Source: Leucoraja erinacea (Eukaryota). Taken from it: DNA of 64,000 nucleotides. How positions within the stretch are numbered: the first letter of the stretch is position 1; the number at the start of each line of letters is the position of its first letter. Below the pieces are notes generated by a model that was given only the letters and a program-made list of their open reading frames with translations, was not told the origin of the DNA and did no database searches. Shown here piece by piece: positions 1 through 14,200 of the stretch. A program made the position numbers and the translations under genes. The stretch lies in the NCBI RefSeq assembly GCF_028641065.1, contig NC_073381.1, positions 16,058,001-16,122,000 on the forward strand. The letters are read 5' to 3'.

Positions 1-374
1 TTTCCTTCGCTCCATAGATGCTGCTGCACCCGCTGAGTTTCTCCAGCTTTTTTGTGTAACCTTCGATTCTCCAGCATCTAAACCAGTCTAATCCATAAAC
101 CTGTCTAATAGCTTCTTAAACATTGCGTGCCTGCCTCAACTACCTCCTCCAGCAGCTCGTTCCATACACCCACCACCCCTTGGATTCCTATAAAAAAAAC
201 TTTCCCCCTTCACCTTAAACCTATGTCATCTAGTTCTTGATTTCCCCTACTCTGGGCAAGACTATTGTGGTCTAGGGCTCATGCTCAGGCTGAGCAGTGC
301 ATCCTGACGCCCTGTCAATGCTGCTTTATCCAGAGCCATTTGTTTATGCAACATCTATAAACCACAAGCATAGA

Positions 375-535
375 CACAAAACTAGAGTAACTCAGCGGGA
401 CAGGCAGCATCTGTGGAGAGAAGGAAGAAGGGTCTCGACCCAAATGTCACACTTTCCTTCTCACCAGAGATGCTGCCTGTCCTGCCGAGTTGCTCCAGCT
501 TTTTTGTGTCGATCTTCGGTTTAAACCAGCAGTTC
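375..535. mobile_element. Penelope-like pLTR-derived short repeat, head-to-head inverted pair
   Basis: 375-424 is the reverse complement of ~455-510 (ctcagcgggacaggcagcatct / agatgctgcctgtcctgccgag); same sequence as the Penelope 3' end at 52065-52210. Confidence 0.75.
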
Positions 536-547
536 CATCACACACAC

Positions 548-722
548 ACCATATAACCATATAACCATATAACAATTACAGCACGGAAACAGCCCATCTC
601 GGCCCTACAAGTCCATGCCGAACAAATTTTTTTCCCCTTAGTCCCACCTGCCTGCACTCGTACCATAACCCTCCATTCCCTTCTCATCCATATGCCTATC
701 CAATTTATTTTTAAATGATACC
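548..722 (-). mobile_element. CR1/HER1-like LINE 3' tail
   Basis: (ccatataa)n tail and 3'UTR near-identical to longer CR1 copies at 7845 and 59228. Confidence 0.85.
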
Positions 723-769
723 AATTAAATGATACCACACACTTGTTTTATTTATTTGGTTATTTTATT

Positions 770-862
770 TATTATATATATATATCTATCTATATATCTA
801 TATAGATCTATATATATATATATATATAGATATAGATCTATATATATCTATATCTATATATA
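770..862. repeat. (TA)n/(TCTA)n microsatellite
   Basis: Directly visible. Confidence 0.95.
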
Positions 863-2088
863 ATCACAATCAAATGCATTTAATTAGCTCTGGGGTATTG
901 TCCAGAGGGAGTTACATTCCATCCGTAACGAAAATAAACAAAATTGCTGATGCTTGATATGAGAAATGGAGGATCTTCGACTTGAAATGTTAATACTGTT
1001 TCACCCTCTGCAGATGCTGTCTGTCCTGTGGAGTATTTCCAGTATGCTCTAATTTTATTTAAGATTTCAGACTGGTCAAAATTGATTTGTATGTTGGTAA
1101 ACTAAATAGGAGTTAGATTTTCTAGAGTTTAATCAAATCTTGAAAAATGGTAGCTGAAATCAACTGAGCAAAAGTAAAGTGATCTGCAAAAGGAGGTTTG
1201 TTACCTTTTTAAAAAAGCCACATAGTGGTGGGGAAACAGTGGGCCAGGCACCATCCCTGGAGTATGCGGATAGCAGACATTTTATGTCAAGGTCCTTCTT
1301 CAGACCTTCTTCCATGTTCTCCAGAGATGCTGCCTGACCTGCTGGGTTACTCCAGCACTCTGTGTCGTTCTGATTGTGAACCAGCATCTGGAGTTTCTCG
1401 TGCCTACAGATTGTCAATTTAATCCATTGAACAATTACAATACCAGTCACGTTCAGCCTATGCAGTGCATTCGGATCAAAAAATTATCTATCCACCCTGA
1501 TCCCACCTTCCAGACCTCTGGGTCACAATATTCAAGTCCACGTCCACATGGTATGGAGGTTTCCATCTCCACGTTGATGAGGCATATCCTTTGTAGCATG
1601 AGGATGGCCAGCAATGAGACTTCTTCCCACGAGCCTGCCTGGTGTGTTTCAGTTTCATGCTAGTCTTGAGTTCTTGAATAAGAGAGGAGACTGGTTAGGG
1701 GGTTGATGCTGTGACGTGTTCTTCCTCTGCAAGCAGTATTCACTTCCAGGCGATCTGTATGGATCTATTGCGAGTCAACTTTTCTAACCTCCTGTGGGAG
1801 ATACCTCCCCAGATGGCCTGTGTTCAGTCAGCAAATTTGAATGTGACAACTTGTTGCAAGTTCTCTTGACACTTCTTTGACATTGCTTCTGCGCAATTGC
1901 TTCAATTAGAGTAACTGATGAAAGTGTCTTTTACTGAGCTATGACCATCTCCAGCTTGATCTGATCAAATGTTCCCATTCAAACTAGTCGGGGGAGAGCG
2001 TGATGCCAGGACGTGTGAAGAGGTGGGAAGGAGTTGCTCTTGTTCTGGTGTTCGGGATATGATGATGATGTTTCTTTCTTTGATGTAG

Positions 2089-2217
2089 GCTCAGGGTTTC
2101 CAGAATGAGATTGACGATCTGCAGCGGTGGCTGGTGGAGATGGAACGGCAACTGTTGGCATCAAAACCTATCGGGGGCCTGCCGGAAACAGCCAGAGAAC
2201 AGCTCAACAACCATCTG
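2089..2217 (+). CDS. DST: DST exon, spectrin repeat ([15 protein letters not shown]...EQLNNHL)
   Basis: tag|GCT...CTG|gtatgt, 129 nt, phase 0/0. Confidence 0.93.
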
Positions 2218-5200
2218 GTATGTACCGTCAAAGTGGCATAGCTGGGAGAACTTTACTTGTGTCAAACACAATGAGAATGGAACTAAGTAGGGGTAACATG
2301 AGGGGGAACTTCTTTACTCATAGAGCTGTGTGGAATGAGCTTCCAGTGAAGGTGGTGGAGGCAGGTTCGTTTTATCATTTAAAAATTTAAAGGAATGGGA
2401 AGGGAATGGAGGGTTATTCGGCCAGGTATATGGGACTAAGTCGGCACGGACTACTCCAGAATTAGGCCATTCGGCCCATCAAGTCTACTCCGCCATTCGA
2501 ACATGGCTGATCTATCTCTCCCTCCAAACCCCATTGTCCTGCCTTCTCCCCATAACCTCTGACACCTGTTATAATCAAAAATCCATCTATCTCAGCCTTA
2601 AATATATCCATAGACTTTATAACCATATAATAATTACAGCACGGAAACAGGCCATCTCGGCCCTTCTAGTCCGTGCCGAACACGTATTCTCCCCATGTCC
2701 CATCTACCTGCACTCAGACCATAACCCTCCATTCCTTTCCTGTCCATATAACTATCCAATTTATTTTTAAATGATAAAATCGAACCTGCCTCCACCACCT
2801 TCACTGGAAGCTCATTCCACACAGGTACCACTCTCCGAGTAAAGATGTCCCCCCTCATGTTACCCCTAAACTTCTGTCCCTTAATTCTCAGCACCTCACA
2901 CTTATCAGCATTAAACTCTATCTGCCATCTTTCAGCCCACTCTTCCAAATGGTCTAAATCTCTCTGTAGACTTTGAAAATCTAATTCATTATCCACAACA
3001 CCACCTATCTTAGTATCATCTGCATACTTACTAATCTAATTTACCACACCATCATCCAGATCATTGATGTACATGACAAACAACAGTGGACCCAACACAG
3101 ATCCCTGAGGTACCCCACTAGTCACCGGCCTCCAACCTGACAAACAACCATCCACCATTACTCTCTGGCATCTTCCATTCAGCCACTGTTGAATCCATCT
3201 TGCTACTCCACCATTAATACCCAACAGCTGAACCTTCTTAACCAACCTTCCATGAGGAACCTTGTCAAAGGCCTTACTGAAGTCCATATAGACAACATCC
3301 ACTGCTTTACCCTCATCAATTTCCCGAGTAACCTCTTCAAAAAATTCAAGAAGATTAGTCAAACATGACCTTCCAGGCACAAATCCATGTTGACTGTTCC
3401 TAATCAGACCCTGTTTATCCAGATGCTTATATATATATTATCTCTAAGTATCCTTTCCATTAATTTGCCCACCACTGATGTCAAACTAACAGGTCTATAA
3501 TTGCTAGGTTTACTCTTAGAACCCTTTTTAAACAATGGAACAACATGCGCAGTACGCCAATCCTCTGGCACTATTCCCGTTTCTAATGACAATTGAAATA
3601 TTTCTGTCATAGCCCCTGCTATTTCTACACTAACTTCCCTCAATGTCCTAGGGAATATCCTGTCAGGTCCTGGAGACTTATCCACTTTTATATTTTTTCA
3701 AAAGTGTCAGTACTTCCTCTTTTTTGAATCTCATAGTTTCCATAGCTACTCTACTTAGTTCCCTTACCTCACATAATTCAATATCCTTCTCCTTGGTGAA
3801 TACCGAAGAAAATAAATTGTTCAACATCTCCCCCATCTCTTTTGGCTCTGCAGATAGCTGTCCACTCTGACTCTCTAATGGACCAATGTTATCCCTCATT
3901 ATCCTTTTGCTATTAATATAGCTGTAGAAACCCTTTGGATTTACTTTCACCTTACTTGCCAAAGCAACCTCATATCTTCTTTTAGCTTTTCTAATTTCTT
4001 TCTTAAGATTCTTTTTACATTCTTTATACTCCTCAAGCACCTCATTTTCTCCATGCTGCCTATAATTATTGTAGATCTCTCTCTTTTTCCGAACCACGTG
4101 TCCAATTTCCCTTGAAAAGCATGGCTCTTTCCAATTTTTACTATTTCCTTTCAACCGAACAGGGACATAAAGATTCTGTACTCTTAAAATTTCACCTTTA
4201 AATGTCCTCCATTTCTCTTCCACATCTTTCCCATAAAACAAAATGTCCCAATTCACTCCTTTTAAATCCTTTCGCATCTCCTCAAGGTTAGCCTTTCTCC
4301 AATCAAAAATCTCAACCCTAGGTCCAGTTCTTTATGACAACAAGATTCAGGTGATGAAGATGGTATTTCATTTAACAGAAGACATGATAGTAGGAGAAGA
4401 CTAGTCAGCCCCTCTGGCCCACACCACCCATTCAATGACGTTGTGGCTGATCCAATCTTCACCTAAGCACACGTTCTTTACCCTCTCTCAGTGTCCCCTG
4501 ATTCTCTTTTAATTGCAATGTCTGTCACACTTTGTTTAGAATACATTTGATGATTCCTTTTCCACAGATATGTGTCGTAGAGAATTCCAAAGGGTCACTA
4601 TCCTATGAGAGGAAAAGTTTATTTTCATTTCTCCCTCAAATAGTCGACCTCCTATTCTGAAGCTTAATGCCAGATACCCTCACCAGGGGAAACATTCTCT
4701 CAGCATCCAATCCATTAGTCCATTCAGAATCTTACATTTCAATTAAACCACCACTCGTCCTATAAAGCCCAATGACTTTAGGCCCTAGCTACGTCAACCC
4801 TTTTGTCCCAGGAAGTTGTGGCCAATTTGCTCATGATGATTGTTTATGTGAACCACGGCTGATGTTCAGCCATCTTACTGAGGCGTGATTAGTGACTCTC
4901 ATAGAGAGAATCCCAAGTCTGCTGCAATGGATACAGCTCTCTCTCCCGCAATCCAAGCTCCAGCAAAGCTTAGTGAAAAAGATTAAACTTTTTGTTAACA
5001 TTTCTTTTTCTTTTCTTTTTTTTTCGCTTCATGAGGTCATAAGTAATAGGAGCAGAATCAAGCCATTCGGCTCATCAAGCCTACTCTGCCATTCAATCAT
5101 GGACCATCTATCTCTCCCTCCCAACCCCATTCTCCTGCCATCTCCCCATAATCTCTTGACACGCGCGTGCTTCATCTCGGGCAAACTGGAGGCTTGCGGC

Positions 5201-8200
5201 CCATGGAATCATTTATTGGTTGTGTATTTGAGCCTTGCTCCAGACTGATGTAACAGTATAGAGTGAGTCCTGATCCATCAGTGGTAATGCTGTTGGAATG
5301 AGATGTTCCAGCAAAAGCAGTGGAAGAGATTCCGTGGCCAGAGACACAACCTGGAGCACTACCAGCGAGGCTCTCGCACAACCTCATTTACTTCTACAGA
5401 TTCATTGTTGTTTTCTGAGTTACCTTTGGCAGCGGGGCAAATTTTCTGTTAGTTTCAGACCTTCACAGCCACACCTATATTGAATCAAGACATTTCCATG
5501 CACTTTTTTGCCGTTCAGTTAGACTATGGGTCGAGCTAAGTATGGAAACACTTGCAGATTAACAAAGATGCCATTTATTTCCATCAGGAGCTTTGTGCAG
5601 CATTTAGAGCCAAAGAGGAGATCTACAAGAACTTGATAAATAAGGGACAGCAGAACCGTGACCAAGCTGGTGACAGCAACGTGGAGACGGGCATCAACAA
5701 CCTGAAAGAAAGATGGGAATCCGTCGACATAAAACTAACAGAACGAAAGGTGCCAAATTATGCATTTTATAATGTAAAACACTGACGGCAGAAGGCCCTT
5801 TAAATGTCTTTTAACACATTAGAATTATTTTAGCTTGCAATCTGAGCCTGTAATTCATGTTTAGCAACTAAATGAGACATTGATTATCATAAAGAAGGGC
5901 CATAATTCAGAGCGAACAATGAAACACTTACTTATACCAGCGCAAAATATATGTAAACATAGTGCTCTGTAAACACCAAAATAAACAAGATCAAAAATTC
6001 AGTCTATTAAAAAAAAAAGAACAAATCTTAATAGTGGTGATTGTGAGAATGTGGTTAAATAGTAATCTCACATGGGGACGACCAGCATGATGAGTGTGGG
6101 AAGTGGTCAAGTTCAAGTTCAAGTGAGTTTATTGTCATGTGTCCCAATCTGGACAATGAAATTCTTGCTTTGCTTCAGCGCACAGAACATAGTAGGCATA
6201 TTACTACAAAACAGATCAGTGTGTCCATATACCGTAATATAAATATATACACACATGAATAAAGAAACTGATAAAGTGCAAATAACAGATAATTGGTTAG
6301 TAATAATCAGACTTTTGTCCGAGCCAGGTTTAATAGCCTGATGGCTGTGGGGAAGTAGCTATTCCTGAACCTGGTTGTTGCAGTCTTCAGGCTCCTGTAC
6401 CTTCTACCTGAAGGGAGCAGTTTAACATTGATCTGGTAGAAAGAGCAGTCTAAGGACTGGTTGCTGATGTTTTGTGAATACAGAACATTGCATAGTGCAC
6501 CGCCTCACCTGACAGTCCAAGATGTTGACACTGCAAAGTGTTCTGCCCACCCACCACAGCTTTGAAGATATCACAAAGAAAGCACAAAATAACTTGTGTT
6601 TATAGCATGGCTTTCATAATTTCAGGATATCCAAAAGTGCTTCAGTGAAAATGGTGAAAGTGTAACTCCTGTTGTAATTTAGGGAAGGAATAGTGAGCAA
6701 TTCCACTGTTTTTTGGGGTGAAATAGTGAATCCCATAATAAAAGCAGGAAATTACAATCAGCAGGTCAGGCAGCATCTGTGGAAAGATAAAAAGTCACCA
6801 TTTCAGATCCAAGACCCGCTTGTCAAAACTGGTAAAGAGTAAAGCAAATTGTTTTTTCTAAAGGAGGAATGGGTAGAACAAAAGGAATATCTCTGATAGG
6901 GCGAGTCCAATGTGTTAATGGAGGCAATATTCAGTATTGAGGCACATCTGTTGTGTGTTGTAAATAGGAAGTTTGAGCAAGATGCCCAGCGGGCCAGACC
7001 ACTCAATTAGAATAAGCCAAAACGGAACAGAAATGCAGATATGCAGGAACAGCCCACTCTGAGCCGGGCAGAAAGAGAGGGTGAGTATCCTAAAGTTGGG
7101 CTTTCTAACTGATCCACATCTCATGTGCAGGTTAAATTGGAGGAGGCCCTCAACTTGGCCACTAAGTTCCACAACTCCCTGCAAGACTTCATCAACTGGT
7201 TGACTCAAGCAGAACAAACCTTGACGTTAGTTGCATCGCCAAGCCTCATTCTGGACACCATTTTATTTCAGATTGATGAACACAAGGTAAATGTAAACTC
7301 CGAGCGGGCACATGGAAAGTTCAAAATATATTTGAGCCTTGGCGTATTTCTCACTTTGGTTGATTGTGTTTTTGCTGCGTTGTCTGTAGGTTTTTGCCAA
7401 TGAAGTCAACTCGCACCGTGAGAAAATAATTGAACTGGACAAGACCGGCACCCATCTGAAGTACTTCAGTCAGAAGCAGGATGTTGTGCTCATTAAAAAC
7501 TTGTTGATCAGTGTTCAGGCTCGATGGGAAAAAATTGTGCAGCGGTCAGTTGATCGAGGAAGAGGGCTAGATGATGCCAGGAAGCGTGCGAAACAGGTAT
7601 GGTCGTGAGTCTGTAGAACATTATAGCGCAGAAGATTAATTTGTGATGTTAAATTTTGTATGTTTGTCTTTCGCAAATCAGTGGGAATGAAATCAGATCA
7701 TTTGTTGATTTGTGTTTCTATAAATTGTTCAGCAAGTTTAGGATTCAAATTAATATGACAGTGATCTTGTAATATAAAGTAATTGGCCCCTGTTTGTTTC
7801 TTTTATGGTGCTTTGGAGAAAAAACGTTATGCAAAGGTTCATTTAACCATTTAACCATATAACAATTACAGCACGGAAACAGGCCATCTCGGCCCTACAA
7901 GTCCGTGCCGAACAATTATTTTCCCTTAGTCCCACCTGCCTGCACTCATACCATAACCCTCCATTCCCTTCTCATCCATATGCCTATCCAATTTATTTTT
8001 AAATGATACCAACGAACCTGCCTCCACCACTTCCACTGGAAGATCATTCCACACCGCTACCACTCTCTAAGTAAAGAAGTTCCCCCTCATGTTACCTCTA
8101 AACTTCTGTCCCTTAATTCTGAAGTCATGTCCTCTTGTTTGAATCTTCCCTATTCTCAAAGGGAAAAGCTTGTCCACATCAACTCTGTCTATCCCTCTCA

Positions 8201-11200
8201 TCATTTTAACGACCTCTATCAAGTCCCCCCTTAACTTTCTGAACTCCAGAGAATAAAGACCTAACTTATTCAACCTTTCTCTGTAACTTAGTTGTTGAAA
8301 CCAAGGCAACATTCTAGTAAATCTCCTCTGTACTCTCTCTATTTTGTTGACATCCTTCCTATAATTGGGCGACCAAAATTGTACACCATACTCCAGATTT
8401 GGTCTCACCAATGCCTTGTACAATTTTAACATTACATCCCAGCTTCTATACTCAATGCTCTGATTTATAAAGGCTAGCATAAGCAAAAGCTTTCTTTACC
8501 ACCCTATCTATATGAGATCCCACCTTCAAGGAACTATGCACGGTTATTCCCAGATCCCTCTGTTCAACTGCATTCTTCAATTCCCTACCATTTACCATGT
8601 ACGTCCTATTTTGATTTGTCCTGCCAAGGTGTAGCACCTCACATTTATCAGCATTAAACTGCATCTGCCATCTTTCAGCCCATTCTTCCAAATGGCCTAA
8701 ATCACTCTGTAGACTTTGGAAATCCTCTTCATTATCCACAACACCCCCTCTCTTGGTGTCATCTGCATACTTACTAATCCAATTTACCACACCTTCATCC
8801 AGATCATTGATGTACATGACAAGCAACAAAGGACCCAACACAGATCCCTGAGGCACCCCACTAGTCACCTGCCTCCAACCCGACAAACAGCCATCTGCCA
8901 TTACCCTCTGGCGTCTCCCATTCAGCCACTGTTGAATCCATCTTGCTACTCCTGCATTTATACCCAACAGTTGAACCTTCTTAACCAATCTTCCATTTCT
9001 GCCCATTGGAAGGAATCAATGATGTTATTAAGCAACTATCAACAGCAACCTGGCCTCATGAGAACGTTATGAGGCCTCCTTATCTGGCCTTTCAGTTTGA
9101 CCCCTTGTATGGCCTGACCTTTATGTTTGAGCTTGTGTATGCGTGACCTTTCAACATGATACTGAGGCCTTATGGCGAGAAGAAAAAACAGCAAATTCAA
9201 AAGTGACTGAAATGATTTGTTTTCTCTTACAAAGCTGCCAATATCTCCTACACCTGGAATGCCACAAACATTTTAGTTTAGAGATACAGCGCCGAAACAG
9301 GCCCTTCGGCACACTGAGTCTGTGCCGACCAACACTCCCCACACACTGACGGCATCCGACACACATTAGGGACAATATACCTACGAACCTTTACGTCTTT
9401 GGAGTGTGGAGGAAACCGGAGATCCCAGAGAAAACCCATACAGGCCACGGGGAGAACGTTCAAACTCCGTACAGAAAAGCACCCGTAGACAGTATCAAAC
9501 ACAAGTCTCAGGCCCTGTAAAGCAGCAACTCTACCGCTGTGCCACCTTGTTTAAGAGAGTACTTTTTTTCATCTATTGGCTCATTTTTTGCAAAGCTGAA
9601 TTGATTCTAGGTTACCCAGTTTCTTTGCTTATCTTTCCTCTGTTTATTCCACAATTTTCATTAGCTAAGAAGGACAGTGATTTCCTAGTTCACGAAGGCC
9701 CCAGATTTTATCACTGGAAATGTCAGCTTGCACTCCAGCAGCATTACGGAGAATGGTTACCAATTCTCTGCCCATATTGTGAGATGCTTCACCTCAACAA
9801 ACTGTGGACGCACTTGCAGTCCTCTGGATAGGTCTAGAATTTAAATAGTCAAGTCAAGTCAAGTTTATTTGTCACATACACATACGAGATGTGCAGTGAA
9901 ATGAAAGTGGCAATGCTCGCGGACTTTTGTGCAAAAAGACAAACAACCAAACAAACTATAAACACAATCATAACACACATATTCTTTTACATAATGAATA
10001 ATGGAAGGAAAAATGTTCAGTAGAGTTAGTCCCTGGTCAGATAGGCGTTTACAGTCCGAATGGCCTCTGTGAAGAAACTCCTTCTCAACCTCTCCGTTCT
10101 CACCGCATGGCAACGGAGGCGTTTGCCGGACCGTAGCAGCTGGAACAGTCCGTTGCAGGGGTGGAAGGGGTCTCTCATGATACTGTTGGCTCTGGAGTTG
10201 CACCTCCTGTTGTATAGTTCCTGTAGGGGGGCAAGTGAAGTTCCCATAGTGCGTTCGGCCGAACACACTACTCTCTGCAGATAAAAGCAGTGCGTGTGAT
10301 TATGAAGCCTAAAATAATGTTCATGTTGCTGGCTACAAGATATTCTTTCAATATATATAAACCTTATCATGTCTATCAAACCTAATTGTTTTGAAACAAA
10401 AATTCCAAGACCATAACAGGCTTTTTAATATCTAATTTGTCTTTGAGATTCTGCCAACTTTCCTGCTAATTGCTTGTGGTGTAATGTTTTGCGAGCGACA
10501 GGGGTAAAATAGGGCATTAATTTGAAGACCTGGTTGTTAAAGCATTGAATGTTGGTGATTATTTTTATTTTATCATTCCATAATAGTTCCAAGAAGCCTG
10601 GAAGAAGTTGATGGAGTGGTTGGAAGAGTCAGAAAAAAACCTGGATTCCGACCTTGAAATTGCAAATGATCCAGACAAAGTGAAAATGCAACTTGCAAAC
10701 CACAAGGTGATGTAGATGTTGTGGATCCTGCCAATATATGCTGCTCTAGAGGAGGTATCTTTCCCGTCAATTTGACGGAGGAGGTACACAATTCAAAAAA
10801 TAGTTGGCGGGTTTTTGACAAGAGATCTGGCCAAAACCCCTAATCTTCCACCAATATCTACAGTGTGCTCAATATTTTAGTCTGTCGAATTTTAGTGTGC
10901 AAGTTATCTAGTGTGTTTCATTCATTACAACTGTATCTACTCTTCAAAAGTATTATATTGGTGAGTAGGTAATTGAGGATGGCCTGAGGTTGTGAAAGAT
11001 GACAAATAATTATGGTTCTTTTATTTATTTATTATTTTACTCTCTTTTTGCAAATTCACATGAAAAATGAAAAATAACCCAGGTTTGTCAAATACCTTTT
11101 ACATCTTAAGGATGTTGCCAACAACCAATCAACAATTTTGAAGCGTAGTAAAAAAAAGCATGTAAATCTGGCAGCCAAATCCAACAAAAGGCTTTAGTAA

Positions 11201-14200
11201 TATCGTTTTTTTTATTTTCTTTGGACAAATCTTTGGAATATGTTTTTATTTTGAAAAATTTTGCAGAGCAAAGTCCAAAGAAAGAAGGATGATTTGCTTT
11301 GGACCACGATGTCAGGGAATAGTTGGAGTTCAAGGCTGGTTTTGAAATGTTTTATTTATTTATTTTTATTTTTATTTATTAGAAGTACAGTAAATTACAG
11401 TAGTACAAGCCACATATATCTTATTACATTTGTTGTACCCCTTCATTTTTTAAGCTTGAAGGAAAGATAGAAATAAAGAAAGTAGAGAAAGTGAGAGAAA
11501 GTTGTGTTAGTGTAAAGAGTGAATTAAAAAAAAACCCATGAGTAAGGGAAAAGAGTTAAGAAATAGACCTTAGAAAAGAAAGAAAGAAAAAAACAAAAAA
11601 AACCAAAAGCTCTATTATGAAAAACGCGCAAAAGGGTTATACCAACTTCGTATTTTTCTTCCCCCCTTACCAGATCCTGACACCATTTATTTTTTGAAGT
11701 ACTGATGCACCTTATATTTGTATTCAGTCGATAAATGCAGACCACGTCTTTTGGAAGTGGTCTGATTTGCCTGCTAGGAGGAGTCTCATATCATATGTTT
11801 TGAAATGTAATGAAAACTTTTTGCCCTTTCCCTGCTTAAAAACACAGGAGTTCCAAAAAGCACTCGGAGCAAAACATTCTGTATGTGACACAGCAGTAAG
11901 GACGGGCCGCTCCTTGAAGGAGAAGACAACTTTAGTAGATGATCACCAGAAGCTCGATGACATGTTGAGTGAACTGAGGGACAAGTGGGACACAGTGTGC
12001 GGGAAGTCAGTGGAAAGGTAAAGAAAACCAACTCGGAAAGCATTCGGTCCAAAGCAGGTTGCCTTCTCTGATCTCAATTGTGACTCTAAATAATGTCTGA
12101 ATAAATTGCGCTGGCAATGAATGAAAATATCACTAAGTTGGTGAGTAGGGCGGCATTGAGGGAACTGATGAAATTAAGTACACCATTTACCACAGTGTGT
12201 AGGTTAGAACTAATGTATGAGCGATTTTAAACTCTTTTTTCAATGCAATTGTGTCCATTTGCTTGTTAAAGATCCCTTCTCATGAATGGTGGTTTTTTTC
12301 TCAAAAATCAATTAGAAAATCTGGGAAGTGTGACATTTCTGAGCAGTGAGAATGTCAAACAATTTCCAACTTCTAAAGTTGACAAATAGATAAATCTCCC
12401 CAAAGTAATAAATATGGTTAAAGTTGTCCAAATTCAGAGGTGAGCACAGGTCTGAACGTGAAATATTAGATTCAAAACAGAAAAGCCTCAGAGACTGCAG
12501 GTACATTCTTTGATCCTGACTCCATGCAGTCGCAGGAATGATAAAAGAGTCTGAAAACTTTCTTGATGATTTTTGGCAAGATTGTGATGTTTGTATTGCT
12601 GCTCCTTTTGTACATCCTCAGTTCACCCCACTGGCGTTTGACCACCTATCCCCATTGTCTTGTTTCACACACAAACTCATCACCTTATCTGTCTACAGCT
12701 GCTTTGGAAAAGACATTTTGCTGTGCAAATGCTTAATTGTGTAATGAAAAGTACACTATCAATTGTTTATGTTGGACATGGGTTATTTTGGGTGAGTTAT
12801 CACTAAATGGGGAGCACAGACTCAAAGTGATTAGTTGAAGGATGGAGGTACATTCTTTGTAGTCACCCAAAGGGTAGTAGATGTCTGGAGCTTACTGCTG
12901 GATAGCGTGGAAGAGACAGACATCTTCTTCATGTTTAAACAGAGTTTTTCATATACTTGAAGAGATGTGACCTGCAGGGCCATGGACCAAAGTGGTCATT
13001 GTGTTGGGTAGCTCTTTTGTGAATAGCACAAGCACAATGGGCTGAATGATCATCTGTATTGTATATTTTCTGTCCTTCTAAAAGAAGATTATAATTTTGT
13101 TTTATTTGAAGCCAAGATCTAGAATTAGCCGAAAGTGTCCTGTTATGACAAGGGTGGCACAGTAGTAGAGTTGCTGCCTTACAGTGCCAGAGATCCGGGT
13201 TCGATCCTGACTATGGGTGCCGTTTTATACAGAGTTTAACGTTCTCCCTGTGACCCCGGGTGCTCCAGTATCCTCCCACATTCCAAAGACATAGGTTAAT
13301 TGGCTGCTGTAAATTGTCCATAGTAGGTAGTGTAGAACTAGTGTTTAAGAAGGAACTGCAGATGCTGGAAAATCGAAGGTAGAACTAGTGTATGGGTGAT
13401 TGCTGGCCGGCATGGACGGTGGGCCGAAGGGCCAGTTTCCACGCAGTATCTCTAAACTAAACCGACTAAAGTATAGACCAATTACCTCACAATGTTATAT
13501 CCCAAATCTATATATATATTTTTTTTTAATGTTATATTTTTATTAGAAGCAGTGTGCAAAAGTACAAGCCACGGCATGTGACATAATTCATTTATTGTAC
13601 GTCTTCCATTTTAATTTGAACAAAAATGAAATAGAAAAAGAGAGATAGAGCAAGAAAGAAAGAAAGTGAAAGAGAGAGTGAATGTGTAAAAATAGAACCC
13701 CTAAACTACCAAATGAGTGTAGTCACAGAGTGAGTAAAAACTTAAAAAAAAAAAAAAAGACAAAAACGAAAAATAATTTAAAAAAAATAAAAAAATGTGT
13801 TGATATACCTGCTTCATTTCTGCTACAGAAGGTAGTTGAGGCCAGTTCATTGGCTATATTTAAGAGGGAGTTAGATGTGGCTCTTGTGGCTAAAGGGATC
13901 AGGGGGTATGGAGAGAAGGCAGGTACAGGATACTGAGTTGGATGATCAGCCATGATCATATTGAATGGCGGTGCAGGCTCGAAGGGCCGAATGGCCTACT
14001 CCTGCACCCATTTTCTGTGTTTCTATTTCTCACCACACCCATCACCCAGTCCGTAAATCGGTTTAATATATATAATTCGAATGCCAGTTTGTCAATTATT
14101 CTTGAAAAGGCTTATTTAGAAAGTAATCCTTTTGTGATCTGTATCTGGGATCAGTCTAATCACAAACCAATTCACTTTCTTTGCGGAGGTGTATTTCCAA

